A stretch of DNA of 64,000 nucleotides from Oscillospiraceae bacterium (GCA_045118955.1 JBGVKB010000018.1:281-64280), one strand, 5' to 3'; shown: positions 49,995-59,745, numbered from the stretch's first letter. A program made the numbers and translations. The notes: a model not told the origin generated them from the sequence alone.

Positions 49995-51302
49995 ATGGCA
50001 CAGGTTCAGCAGTTGATCGACCGCATCCGCGAGGGCGGATACGACCGGGCGTTTACCCGTCTGTATGCGGCAGACGAGGCCGCGCTTTCCCGTCAGAAAA
50101 GCCGTTACATCGCGGCTTTGGAACAGTTTGCGCTGTACTACGGCGCGGACCGCGAGGTGGCGCTGTACTCCGCGCCCGGCCGCACCGAGATCGGCGGCAA
50201 CCACACCGATCACAACAACGGCATTGTGCTGGCCGGCGCAGTCAATCTGGATGTGATCGCGGTGGTGTCCAAGAATGAGGACGGCTACATCCGCATCAAA
50301 TCCTACGGCTTTGACAGCCAGTTCGTGGTGGACGTGAGCGATCTGACCCCCCACGAGAGCGAGTTCGGCGCTTCGGAGGGCCTGATTCGCGGTGTCGCGG
50401 CCGGCATCGTCCGTGACGGCGGTCAGGCGGGAGGTTTTGACGCCTACTTTACTTCGGACGTTCTGCAAGGCTCCGGCCTGTCCAGCTCGGCGGCGTTTGA
50501 GGTGCTGGTGGGCGCGATCTTGCGCGGCGAGTACAACGGCAATGACATGGAGAAGTTCAGTCAGGTGGAGATCGCCAAGATCAGCCAATACGCTGAGAAT
50601 GTCTTTTTCGGCAAGCCCTGCGGTCTGATGGATCAGACCGCCTGTGCTGTGGGCGGCGTCATCACCATCGACTTTGAGGACAACACCGCCCCTGTTGTGG
50701 AGCAGGTGCCCTTTGATCTGGCGGGGCAGGGCTACGCGCTGTGCATCAGCGACACCAAGGGCAGCCACGCCGATCTGACCGACGACTACGCCGCCATCCG
50801 CCGCGAGATGGAGAGTGTGGCCGAGTTCTTCGGCAAAAAGGTTCTGCGGCAGGTGGACGAGGCGGAGTTCTTTGCCAAGATCGGCAAGGTGCGCAAGGTG
50901 ACCGGCGACCGGGCTGTGGTGCGCGCGCTCCATTTCTTCAGCGACAGCCATCGGGCGGCAGAGCTGTACCGTGCCATCCGGGATGGCCGCTTTGAGGACT
51001 TCCTGCGGCTGATCGTTGAGGGCGGCCACTCCAGCTTTGAGTACAACCAGAACGCCTACAGCATCGCTCATCCCCAGGCACAGGGCATCTCGGTGGGTCT
51101 GGCTGTGTCCCAGAAGATCCTCGCCGGGCGCGGCGCATGGCGTCTGCAGGGCGGCGGCTTCGCGGGCACCATTCAGGCATTCGTGCCGATGGATCTGCTG
51201 GAGAGCTACCGCGCGGCCATCGACGGCGTGTTCGGTGATGGCTCCTGCTATGTGCTGAGCGTACGCAATTATGGCGCAGTGCCTGTCACGGAGGATATGT
51301 GA
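49995..51302 (+). CDS. galK: Galactokinase-family GHMP kinase
   Basis: SAPGRTEIGGNHTDHNNG (galactokinase signature variant), GSGLSSSAA (GHMP ATP motif), GGGFAG. ATG at 49995 lies 8 nt after GGAGG. Confidence 0.8.
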   Translation: MAQVQQLIDRIREGGYDRAFTRLYAADEAALSRQKSRYIAALEQFALYYGADREVALYSAPGRTEIGGNHTDHNNGIVLAGAVNLDVIAVVSKNEDGYIRIKSYGFDSQFVVDVSDLTPHESEFGASEGLIRGVAAGIVRDGGQAGGFDAYFTSDVLQGSGLSSSAAFEVLVGAILRGEYNGNDMEKFSQVEIAKISQYAENVFFGKPCGLMDQTACAVGGVITIDFEDNTAPVVEQVPFDLAGQGYALCISDTKGSHADLTDDYAAIRREMESVAEFFGKKVLRQVDEAEFFAKIGKVRKVTGDRAVVRALHFFSDSHRAAELYRAIRDGRFEDFLRLIVEGGHSSFEYNQNAYSIAHPQAQGISVGLAVSQKILAGRGAWRLQGGGFAGTIQAFVPMDLLESYRAAIDGVFGDGSCYVLSVRNYGAVPVTEDM

Positions 51303-51476
51303 ATTTTATCGCAGACGCGAGGATTTTCATTGGACGGATTTGCCTGACACAACTGTAATGTTAAATAACTTTACAGCCGTAGACTGAGCGTTTCTTGCGT
51401 ACAAACGAGATTTTATCGTAAAGCGAAGTGAACGCTCATAATCCATTGATCCCCATACATAACTACATAAAGAAAA

Positions 51477-51517
51477 GGGCGTTCCCGGCTTTTTGCCGGG
51501 GACGCCCTTCTTTTTTT
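51477..51517 (+). terminator. Intrinsic terminator
   Basis: GGGCGTTCCCGGC-ttttt-GCCGGGGACGCCC followed by TTCTTTTTTT. Confidence 0.65.
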
Positions 51518-51592
51518 AGAAAAAGCTTGCCCGCATACCGCCTTTGCCCTGCGAATATAGATAGACCAGAACTGTGCGAAAGGGGCGAAGGT

Positions 51593-53104
51593 ATGGAATT
51601 AAAGGTGTTCAAGGACACCCTGATGGCGGCGGGCGGCAGCTTTGACGCAAAGGCAGAGCTGCCGGTGGAGGCGGAGATCCTCATCCCGGACTACCTGCCG
51701 CAGGTGTTCAAGATCGTGAAGTGCTTTGTGCATCTGGTGGTGCTTCAGAAACAGGTGATCGGGGCGCGCGTCACGCTGGACGGCTATCTGCGCTGTGTGG
51801 TGTGCTATCAGGCGGGCGAGGACCAGAGCCTGTGCCAGACCGAACAGAAGCTGCCCTTTACCAAGACCATCGAATTTAATATGGAGGGCACGTCCTCCTG
51901 TCAGGTGCAGGTGGGCGGCGAACTGGAATATCTGAACTGCCGTGCGGTGAATCAGCGCCGCATCGATCTGCGCGGGGCCTACGCGCTGACCGTAAAGGTG
52001 AGCTGTCAGGTCGAGCAGGAGATCGTGACCGCTGTGGCCGACTGCGGTGCGGAGCAGAAGCTCACCCTGCTGTCGGGCATCCGTCCGGTGGCCTGTCTGG
52101 ATAAGCCCATGACCGCGGAAGAGGAGATCGCCTTCCCGGAGCAGCCCGCCGCGGTGCTGGACATCTCCGGCGCGGCCGCGGTGGACGAGGTGAAGATCAT
52201 CTCCGGCAAGGCGGTGGTCAAGGGGCGGGTGCAGGCGCGGGTGCTCTATCGGACGCAGCCGGGCTACCGGCTGGACACGCTGCGGCAGGAGATCCCCTTC
52301 AACCAGATCGTGGATCTGGACGGGGTGGGGGAGGACTGCGTCTGTTTTGCTGCCGTGGAGCCGACCGGCTGCACCTTGATGGCTGGTCAGGAGGGACACA
52401 GCACCCTCTCAATGAACGCACTGCTGCATCTGCGGGCGTGGCGGACGGTGGAATGCTACGCGGTTGGGGATGCGTTCTCCACCCAGTATGAGATGGAGGC
52501 GGAGGTGTACCAGACCGGGATGGAGCAGGTCGCGGCCCGGCTGGAGGAGACGGTGGAGGCGGTCGCCGGCGGCACGCTGCCGGATGAAAACGCGGAGCTT
52601 ATCCACTGCTTCGTGACCTTGAACCCTCTGGAGCTGGTGCCGGGCAGCGGTACCCTGCAGCTTCGAGGGCGTGCGGTGGCGCATCTGCTCTGCATGAACA
52701 GCCTCGGGGAGATCGACTGTTACGACAAGGCGTTTGAATTTACCCTGCCGCAGCTATACGAGGGCGCGCCCGAGCACTACCGGGCAGAGTGCTGGGCAGG
52801 CGTGAGCGAGGTGACCGTGACGAAAAACGGCAACGAGATGAACGCGCGGGTGCTGATCCGGGTCACCGGGCTGGTGCTGCAGCGCCGCAGCGAGACGGTT
52901 TTGGCAGAGCTGCGCTGTCTTGAGCCGCTGGTGCGGCAGGACCCGGAGGTGGCACTGCGCATCTGCTACGCGAAACAGGGGGAGAACCTGTTTGACATCG
53001 CCAAGCGGTACCACGTTTCGCCCGGCGCGATGAAGCTCTGCAACCGGCTGGAGGAGCCGGAGCTGACGAGAGATCTGCGCCTGCTGGTGCCTGTGGTGAT
53101 TTGA
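51593..53104 (+). CDS. SipL-like spore morphogenetic protein (DUF3794/SPOCS-type repeats + C-terminal LysM)
   Basis: MELKVFKD..AELPVEAEILIPDYLPQVFKIVKC.. is typical of DUF3794-type repeats (recall-based). The C-terminal ICYAKQGENLFDIAKRYHVSPGAMKLCNRL matches LysM. It ends 13 nt before spoIVA. Confidence 0.7.
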   Translation: MELKVFKDTLMAAGGSFDAKAELPVEAEILIPDYLPQVFKIVKCFVHLVVLQKQVIGARVTLDGYLRCVVCYQAGEDQSLCQTEQKLPFTKTIEFNMEGTSSCQVQVGGELEYLNCRAVNQRRIDLRGAYALTVKVSCQVEQEIVTAVADCGAEQKLTLLSGIRPVACLDKPMTAEEEIAFPEQPAAVLDISGAAAVDEVKIISGKAVVKGRVQARVLYRTQPGYRLDTLRQEIPFNQIVDLDGVGEDCVCFAAVEPTGCTLMAGQEGHSTLSMNALLHLRAWRTVECYAVGDAFSTQYEMEAEVYQTGMEQVAARLEETVEAVAGGTLPDENAELIHCFVTLNPLELVPGSGTLQLRGRAVAHLLCMNSLGEIDCYDKAFEFTLPQLYEGAPEHYRAECWAGVSEVTVTKNGNEMNARVLIRVTGLVLQRRSETVLAELRCLEPLVRQDPEVALRICYAKQGENLFDIAKRYHVSPGAMKLCNRLEEPELTRDLRLLVPVVI

Positions 53105-53117
53105 AAGGAGGCGGAGG

Positions 53118-54593
53118 ATGGAGACCAGTACCCTGTATCGGGACATTGCCAGCCGCACCGGCGGCGACATTTACATCGGTGTGGTCGGCCCGGTGCGCAC
53201 CGGAAAAAGCACCTTTATCAAGCGTTTTATGGAGCAGATGGTTCTGCCCGGCATCCAGAATCAGGCGGTGCGGACGCGGGCGCGGGATGAGCTGCCCCAG
53301 TCGGCAGCCGGGCGCACCATTATGACCACCGAGCCGAAATTCATCCCTGAGACCGCCGTGACCGTGGAGCTGGAGGGCGGCGGGAGCTTCAAGGCTCGGC
53401 TCATCGACTGCGTCGGCTACATGGTGGAGGGGGCCATGGGGCACGAGGAGAACGACCAGCCCCGCATGGTGAAAAGCCCCTGGTTCGAGCAGGAGATCCC
53501 CTTTGATCAGGCCGCCGAGACCGGCACGCGGAAGGTCATCCGGGAACACTCCACCATTGGCCTGGTGGTGACCACCGACGGCTCCATCAGCGACATTCCC
53601 CGGGAAAAGTATCACGCCGCCGAGGCTCGGGTGGTGGCCGAGCTGGCCGAGCTTGGCAAGCCCTTTGTGGTGCTGCTCAACTGCGTGCATCCGGACAGCC
53701 CCTCCAGCCGCGAGCTGGCCGCCCGCTTGGAGGAGGAGTACGGGCACACCGTCCTGCCGGTGAATTGCGAAGATCTGGATGCAGCGGGCATCGATGCCAT
53801 TCTGCAGAGCGTGCTGTATGAGTTCGATGTGCATGAGCTGGCCTTCGAGCTGCCCCGCTGGGTGACCATGCTGGAAAACGATCACTGGCTGCAGCGCGCG
53901 GTGTACGAGGCGGCGGCGGAATTCGCGGCACAGGTGGACCAGATGAAGGATGTGGTCGGTCAGACAAACCCCATCCGGTGCGAATACCTCAAAGCCTCGC
54001 AGGTGCGCTCCATGGAGCTGGCCACCGGTCAGGTACGGCTGGCGATGGAGCTGAAGCCGGACATCTTCTATCGGGTGCTGGGGGAGACCACCGGGCTGGA
54101 GATCTGCGACGAGGCCGGCCTGATGCCCTGTATTCTGGACTTGGCCAAGGCCAAGCGGGAGTACGAAAAGGTGCGCAGCGCCATGGAGCAGGTGGAGGCC
54201 ACCGGCTACGGCATCGTGATGCCCACCCTGAGCGAGCTGCATCTGGAGGAGCCGGAGATCGTCAAGCAGGGCGGACGCTATGGGGTGCGGCTGCGTGCCA
54301 GCGCGCCCTCCATCCATCTGCTGAAGGCCACCATCCACACCGAGATCTCTCCCATTGTGGGCAGCGAGAAGCAGTCGGAGGAGCTGGTGATGAGCCTGCT
54401 GCGGGATTTTGAGGCCGACCCCATCGAGATCTGGCGCTCCAACATCTTTGGCAAGAGTCTGCATGAGCTGGTGAACGAGGGGCTGCAATCCAAGCTGCTG
54501 CATATGCCGCAGGAGGCCCGCTCCCGCCTGCAGGAAACTCTGGAACGGGTCATCAACGAGGGCTGCTCGGGACTCATCTGCATCATCCTGTAA
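53118..54593 (+). CDS. spoIVA: Stage IV sporulation protein A (spore coat basement-layer ATPase)
   Basis: LYRDIASRTGGDIYIGVVGPVRTGKSTFIKRFME is the hallmark SpoIVA N-terminus with Walker A. The length (491 aa) is typical. Confidence 0.9.
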   Translation: METSTLYRDIASRTGGDIYIGVVGPVRTGKSTFIKRFMEQMVLPGIQNQAVRTRARDELPQSAAGRTIMTTEPKFIPETAVTVELEGGGSFKARLIDCVGYMVEGAMGHEENDQPRMVKSPWFEQEIPFDQAAETGTRKVIREHSTIGLVVTTDGSISDIPREKYHAAEARVVAELAELGKPFVVLLNCVHPDSPSSRELAARLEEEYGHTVLPVNCEDLDAAGIDAILQSVLYEFDVHELAFELPRWVTMLENDHWLQRAVYEAAAEFAAQVDQMKDVVGQTNPIRCEYLKASQVRSMELATGQVRLAMELKPDIFYRVLGETTGLEICDEAGLMPCILDLAKAKREYEKVRSAMEQVEATGYGIVMPTLSELHLEEPEIVKQGGRYGVRLRASAPSIHLLKATIHTEISPIVGSEKQSEELVMSLLRDFEADPIEIWRSNIFGKSLHELVNEGLQSKLLHMPQEARSRLQETLERVINEGCSGLICIIL

Positions 54594-54715
54594 CGCGGCA
54601 ATGGCCCGCGGCGCAGGCGGCGTGCTTCACACGGCGGCAACGCTGTGGGGGCACGCTTTTGTTCTTTGTTTAGGCCGCCGCAGTCCGGGCGATACTCACA
54701 AAAAGGAGGTCGCCT

Positions 54716-56368
54716 ATGGATGGGAAACGCTTGGTGGTGCTGTTTGGCGGGTTTGTGCTGGCATTCACGGTGGTGCTGGGGCGCTGCGCGGTGGTCGGCT
54801 CGAACACGGCATACGCGCAGGCCGCACAGGGTCAGCTTGTCACCAGTCTGCCGCTGGGCACGGCGCGGGGGAATTTCTACGATGCGCAGGGCGTACCGCT
54901 CACCGGGCAGGGGGAGCGATACTACGCGCTCTGCATCCCGGGCGAGAGCAGCTACGCACGACTGTTTGACGCAGTGACCGAGAGCGCACAGGGCGTGCTC
55001 TACACCCGGCGCAACTCGGCCCGGCCGTTTTTGGTGTCGGTACCCGCGGATATGACCGGGCAGGGCATCTACACCTGTGCGGTGCCCCAGCGGTATCTGG
55101 AGCTGCCCATCGCGAGCCATCTGCTGGGTTACCTGAACGGCGACGGCGAGGGGGTGGCCGGGCTGGAGCTGGCCTATGAGGACGTGCTGCACCGGGACAT
55201 CGGCAGCTACGTGCAGTGTGTGACCAACGCGCAGGGCGCCCTGCTGGACGGTCAGCCCCCTGTGCTGACCCAGCCGGAGCAGGCGGGGCAGGGCGTGCGG
55301 CTGACCCTCTCCGAGCCGGTACAGCGAGCCTGTGAGGGCATCGCCCGGGCAGGCATGACCCGGGGCTGCATCCTGGTGCTGGAGAGCGGCACCGGGCGGC
55401 TGCTTGCCGGTGTGAGCCTGCCCGATTTTGATCCCAATGCGGTGGAAAAGAGCATTGCGGCCGATGATACTTCGCTGCTGAACCGGGCGCTGTGTGCGTT
55501 CAATGTGGGTTCGGTGTTCAAGCCGGTGCTGGCCGCGGCCGCGCTGGAGCGGGATATGGATTGGTTCACCCACGATTGCAAGGGCTATGTGGAGGTGGAC
55601 GGACACATCTATCGCTGCGCCCTCGGCATTCCCCACGGGCTGGTGAACCTGCGCGGCGCGCTGGAACAGAGCTGCAACTGTTACTTTGTGCGGCTGGGAC
55701 AGCAGCTTGGCGGTGAGGCGGTGCGGGAGATGGCGGCGCGGCTGGGCTTCGGCGAGAGCCTGTACCTCTCAGGCGGGATAAAGTGCGCCGCCGGGACACT
55801 GCCCAGTGCGGAAGTGCTGGAAAACACCGGCCAGCTGGCAGGGCTGAGCTTCGGGCAGGGACAGCTCACAGCAGCCCCCCTGCAGGTGGCGGCGTTTATG
55901 GATTCGATCGCCTGCGGCGGACTGTGGCGCGCCCCTTATGTGGTGGAGGGGCTTGTGGACGAAGCGAGCGGCGAGCTGACCGAACGGTTTGCCGTCCCAT
56001 CGCCGGTGCGGGTGCTGGAACGGGAGGACGCCGACTACCTGCGGGATATGCTGGAAACGGTGGTCAGCGCGGGCATCGGCGGCGAGGCGGCCGCAGAGAG
56101 CGGAGATGCTGCCGGCAAGACCGGCACCGCTCAGACCGGGCAGATGAGCGAGAGCGGGGAAGAACTGCTCAACTTTTGGTTTGCCGGTTTCTGGCCGGCG
56201 GACGACCCGGAGGTGACCGTGGTGGTGATGCAGGATGGCCTGACCGAGGCCGAGACCAGCTCGGCGGAGCTGTTCAGCCGGGTGTGTGACGCGCTGCATT
56301 ATCTGAAGCTGAGCGGAAAGGACGAACCTGCGAGCGGGAACGCCGCCGAACCTGCCGAAAAACGTTGA
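54716..56368 (+). CDS. Class B penicillin-binding protein (FtsI/SpoVD family transpeptidase, no PASTA domain)
   Basis: N-terminal TM, SVFK (SxxK), SCN (SxN) and KTGTA motifs. AAGGAGG RBS. Confidence 0.85.
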   Translation: MDGKRLVVLFGGFVLAFTVVLGRCAVVGSNTAYAQAAQGQLVTSLPLGTARGNFYDAQGVPLTGQGERYYALCIPGESSYARLFDAVTESAQGVLYTRRNSARPFLVSVPADMTGQGIYTCAVPQRYLELPIASHLLGYLNGDGEGVAGLELAYEDVLHRDIGSYVQCVTNAQGALLDGQPPVLTQPEQAGQGVRLTLSEPVQRACEGIARAGMTRGCILVLESGTGRLLAGVSLPDFDPNAVEKSIAADDTSLLNRALCAFNVGSVFKPVLAAAALERDMDWFTHDCKGYVEVDGHIYRCALGIPHGLVNLRGALEQSCNCYFVRLGQQLGGEAVREMAARLGFGESLYLSGGIKCAAGTLPSAEVLENTGQLAGLSFGQGQLTAAPLQVAAFMDSIACGGLWRAPYVVEGLVDEASGELTERFAVPSPVRVLEREDADYLRDMLETVVSAGIGGEAAAESGDAAGKTGTAQTGQMSESGEELLNFWFAGFWPADDPEVTVVVMQDGLTEAETSSAELFSRVCDALHYLKLSGKDEPASGNAAEPAEKR

Positions 56369-56392
56369 CAATTCCGCGGTTCGTGCTATAAT
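56365..56392 (+). promoter_or_regulatory. Extended -10 sigma-A promoter of the alaS leader
   Basis: TTGACA (56365-56370), a 16-nt spacer, then TGcTATAAT (56384-56392). Confidence 0.7.
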
Positions 56393-56398
56393 CTAGTT

Positions 56399-56636
56399 TG
56401 GAATATGAAAAAGCTGTGAAAGGGCCAATGTGCAGCGCCCAACGGTTCACAAGAGAGGGAGCGCCCCGGCTGAAAGCGCCCCGCCGCTGCTGCACAACGC
56501 CACCCCGGAGCTCCCGTTAACCGCGGGCGCAGGCGCTGCGTTACAGCGCAAAAAGCGGCAGCCCTTGGGCTGCAACTTGGGTGGTACCACGGAGAGTTCA
56601 GCCTTCGTCCCTTGACCGGGGACGGAGGCTTTTTTC
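56399..56636 (+). promoter_or_regulatory. T-box riboswitch leader (Ala-specific) with terminator/antiterminator
   Basis: AGAGAG box (~56451). The stem I helix TGTGCAGC/GCTGCACA is followed by AAC-GCC-A, giving candidate specifier GCC at 56499-56501. The conserved T-box AACTTGGGTGGTACCACGG sits at 56574-56592. The terminator GCCTTCGTCCC-ttgacc-GGGGACGGAGGC plus TTTTTT sits at 56601-56636. Confidence 0.85.
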
Positions 56637-56699
56637 GTGACCTGCGGCCTTTTCGTGTTTTTTGGCAAACAAACGTTTAATAGAGGAGAGTGTAACATC

Positions 56700-59363
56700 A
56701 TGCAATGGACCGGTTTGAACGAACTGCGTGAAAAGTACCTGAGCTTCTACGAGAGCAAGGGTCATCTGCGTCTGAACAGCTTCCCCCTGGTTCCCAAGAA
56801 CGACCCCAGCCTGCTGCTGATCAACAGCGGCATGGCCCCCATGAAGAAGTGGTTCCTGGGTCAGGAGGAGCCCCCCTGCCACCGCGTGACCACCTGCCAG
56901 AAGTGCATCCGCACCCCTGACATCGAGCGCGTGGGCATCACCGCCCGCCACGGCACCTATTTTGAGATGCTGGGCAACTTCAGCTTCCAGAACTACTTCA
57001 AGCCCGAGGCCATCGCCTGGGCTTGGGAGTTCCTGACCGAGGTGCTGGAGATCCCCGCCGACAAGCTGTACATCTCCGTCTATCTGGAGGACGACGAGGC
57101 CTACGATCTGTGGACCAAGAAGATGGGCATCCCCGAGGACCACATGGTGCGCTTCGGCAAAGAGGACAACTTCTGGGAGCACGGCTCCGGCCCCTGCGGT
57201 CCCTGCAGCGAGCTGTACTTTGACCGCGGCCCCGAGTACGGCTGCGGCAAGCCCGACTGCAAGGTCGGCTGCGACTGCGACCGCTTCATGGAGGTCTGGA
57301 ACCTGGTGTTCAGCCAGTTCGACTCCGACGGCAAGGGCACCTACACCCTGCTGGAGAAGCCCAACATTGACACCGGCATGGGTCTGGAGCGTCTGGCCTG
57401 CGTGATGCAGGGCGTGGGCAACCTGTTCGAGGTCGACACCGTGCGCGCCCTGCTGAACCACGTTGAGAAGGTCAGCGGCAAGACCTATGGTCAGGACGAC
57501 AAGACCGACATCTCCATCCGCGTCATCACCGACCATGTGCGTTCCACCACCTTCATGGCCAGCGACGGCGTGCTGCCCTCCAACGAGGGCCGCGGCTACG
57601 TCATGCGCCGCCTGCTGCGCCGCGCCGCCCGCCATGGCCGTATGCTGGGCATCAACCGTCCCTTCCTGACCGAGCTGGTGGAGACCGTCATCGAGACCAG
57701 CAAGGCCGGCTACCCCGAGCTGGAGGAGCACGGCGACTACATCAAGAAGGTCATCAGCACCGAGGAGGAGCGCTTCTACAAGACCATCGATCAGGGCATG
57801 AACATCCTGAACAACCTGATCGACGGCATCGAGCGCGCCGCTCAGGAGGGTGCCGCCCGCATCCTGTCCGGTCTGGAGGCCTTCAAGCTGAACGACACCT
57901 TCGGCTTCCCCCTGGATCTGACCAAGGAGATCGCCGCCGAGGCCGGCATTGAGGTGGACGAGGACGCCTTCCATGCTGAGATGAAGAAGCAGAAGGACAA
58001 GGCCCGCAGTGACCGTCTGGCCAAGAACATCTCCGGCTGGGACGCCGACCTGTTCGGCGAGCTGACCGAGGAGCCCACCGTCTTTACCGGCTACGAGCTG
58101 CTGGAGGACGAGGGCAAGGTTCTGGCCCTGTCCGACGGCGAGGAGCTGGTGGACGCCATCTCCACCGACGACGGCGCCAAGGAGGGCGTGCTGGTCATTC
58201 TGGACAAGACTCCCTTCTACGCCGAGATGGGCGGTCAGGTGGCTGACCACGGCGTCATCATGGCCGGCGAGGCCAAGCTGACCGTGCAGGACGTGAAGAA
58301 GACCCCCAAGGGCTACTACGTCCACACCTGCGTGCTGGAGAACGGCATGGTTCAGGTGGGTCAGACCGTCAAGGCCGCTGTGAGCAAGACCCGCCGCAGC
58401 GCCATCGCCCGCAACCACACCGGCGCCCACCTGCTGCAGGCTGCTCTGCGTGAGGTTCTGGGCAACCATGTGCATCAGGCCGGTTCTTATCAGGATGACG
58501 AGCGCCTGCGCTTTGACTTCACCCACTTCAGCGCCATGACCCCCGAGGAGCTGGCCCATGTGGAGTATCTGGTCAACCAGAAGATCTTCGAGAGTCTGGA
58601 CGTTGTGGTGAACACCATGTCCATCGCCGATGCCAAGCAGGCCGGCGCGATGGCCCTGTTCGGCGAGAAGTACGGCGACGAGGTCCGCGTGGTGGATATC
58701 GACAAGTGGAGCACCGAGCTGTGCGGCGGCACCCATGTGAAGAACACTGCCCAGATCGGCTGCTTCAAGATCCTGGGTGAGTCCAGCGTGGCCGCCGGCG
58801 TGCGCCGCGTTGAGGCCACCACCGGCATGGGCGTGCTGCGCCTGCTGGACGAGCGCACCGAGCTGCTGACCGAGGTGGCCGGTGTGGTCAAGGCCAACAA
58901 CCTGAAGGACGTGCCCGCCCGCGCCACCGCTCTGGCCGCTGAGGCCAAGGCTCTGGGCAAGGAGCTGGAGGAGGCCAAGGGCAAGCTGGCCGCCAGCCAG
59001 ATCGACGGCCTGTTCGAGAAGGCCATTGATGTGGACGGCGTGAAGGTCATCACCGCCTTCCTGTCCGGCACCGGTACCGACGCGCTGCGCACCATGGGTG
59101 AGAAGATCCGCGACAAGGCCCCCGGCATGGTGGCTGCTCTGGTCGGCTCCACCGACGGCAAGCTGACTCTGGCCGTGAGTTGCGGCAAGGAGGCCATGGG
59201 CCGCGGCCTGAAGGCCGGCGTGCTGGCCAAGCAGATCGCCATGGTGGCCGGCGGCAACGGCGGTGGCAAGCCCGACTTCGCCATGGCCGGCCTGAAGGAC
59301 GCCGGCAAGGTGGACGAGGCTCTGCAGGCTGCTGCTGAGATCGTCAAGAACAACCTGAAGTAA
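56700..59363 (+). CDS. alaS: Alanine--tRNA ligase
   Basis: LREKYLSFYESKGHLRL, FEMLGNFSF, HTGAHLL editing-domain motif, and a C-terminal DHHA1-like region with GGGKPDFA. ATG at 56700 follows GAGGAGAG. Confidence 0.95.
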   Translation: MQWTGLNELREKYLSFYESKGHLRLNSFPLVPKNDPSLLLINSGMAPMKKWFLGQEEPPCHRVTTCQKCIRTPDIERVGITARHGTYFEMLGNFSFQNYFKPEAIAWAWEFLTEVLEIPADKLYISVYLEDDEAYDLWTKKMGIPEDHMVRFGKEDNFWEHGSGPCGPCSELYFDRGPEYGCGKPDCKVGCDCDRFMEVWNLVFSQFDSDGKGTYTLLEKPNIDTGMGLERLACVMQGVGNLFEVDTVRALLNHVEKVSGKTYGQDDKTDISIRVITDHVRSTTFMASDGVLPSNEGRGYVMRRLLRRAARHGRMLGINRPFLTELVETVIETSKAGYPELEEHGDYIKKVISTEEERFYKTIDQGMNILNNLIDGIERAAQEGAARILSGLEAFKLNDTFGFPLDLTKEIAAEAGIEVDEDAFHAEMKKQKDKARSDRLAKNISGWDADLFGELTEEPTVFTGYELLEDEGKVLALSDGEELVDAISTDDGAKEGVLVILDKTPFYAEMGGQVADHGVIMAGEAKLTVQDVKKTPKGYYVHTCVLENGMVQVGQTVKAAVSKTRRSAIARNHTGAHLLQAALREVLGNHVHQAGSYQDDERLRFDFTHFSAMTPEELAHVEYLVNQKIFESLDVVVNTMSIADAKQAGAMALFGEKYGDEVRVVDIDKWSTELCGGTHVKNTAQIGCFKILGESSVAAGVRRVEATTGMGVLRLLDERTELLTEVAGVVKANNLKDVPARATALAAEAKALGKELEEAKGKLAASQIDGLFEKAIDVDGVKVITAFLSGTGTDALRTMGEKIRDKAPGMVAALVGSTDGKLTLAVSCGKEAMGRGLKAGVLAKQIAMVAGGNGGGKPDFAMAGLKDAGKVDEALQAAAEIVKNNLK

Positions 59364-59406
59364 GAACGGTTGGACGTATAAAACTTTCCGAAAGGAGCAA
59401 GTGACG

Positions 59407-59745
59407 ATGGATTGCCTGTTCTGCAAGATCGCGGCCGGCGAGATCCCCTCCAACAAGCTGTTTGAGGACGATCAGCTGCTGGCATTCTACGACATCGACC
59501 CTCAGGCCCCTGTGCATTTTCTGGTCATCCCCAAAAAGCACATCGATTCCGCCGCCGCCCTGACCGAGGAGGACAGCGCCCTGCTGGGCCACGTCTTTGC
59601 GGTCATCGCGAAGGTGTGTGAGGAGCTGGGCTGTGAGAAGGGCTACCGCGTTGTGAGCAACGTGGGCGAGGACGGCGGTCAGACCGTGAAGCACCTGCAC
59701 TTCCATGTGCTGGCCAAGCGCAGTCTGGCATGGCCTCCGGGCTGA
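59407..59745 (+). CDS. HIT-family (histidine triad) nucleotide hydrolase
   Basis: CLFCKIAAGEIPS and HLHFHVL triad. The ATG at 59407 is 9 nt after AAGGAG; the GTG at 59401 is too close to the SD. Confidence 0.85.
   Translation: MDCLFCKIAAGEIPSNKLFEDDQLLAFYDIDPQAPVHFLVIPKKHIDSAAALTEEDSALLGHVFAVIAKVCEELGCEKGYRVVSNVGEDGGQTVKHLHFHVLAKRSLAWPPG

Noticed and set aside
49859-50278. A 139-aa ORF starting inside the galK promoter -10 as a leader peptide or gene.
   Set aside because: Its ATG overlaps the -10 hexamer and has no RBS. It runs out of frame into galK, and the translation is Arg/Gly-rich noise.
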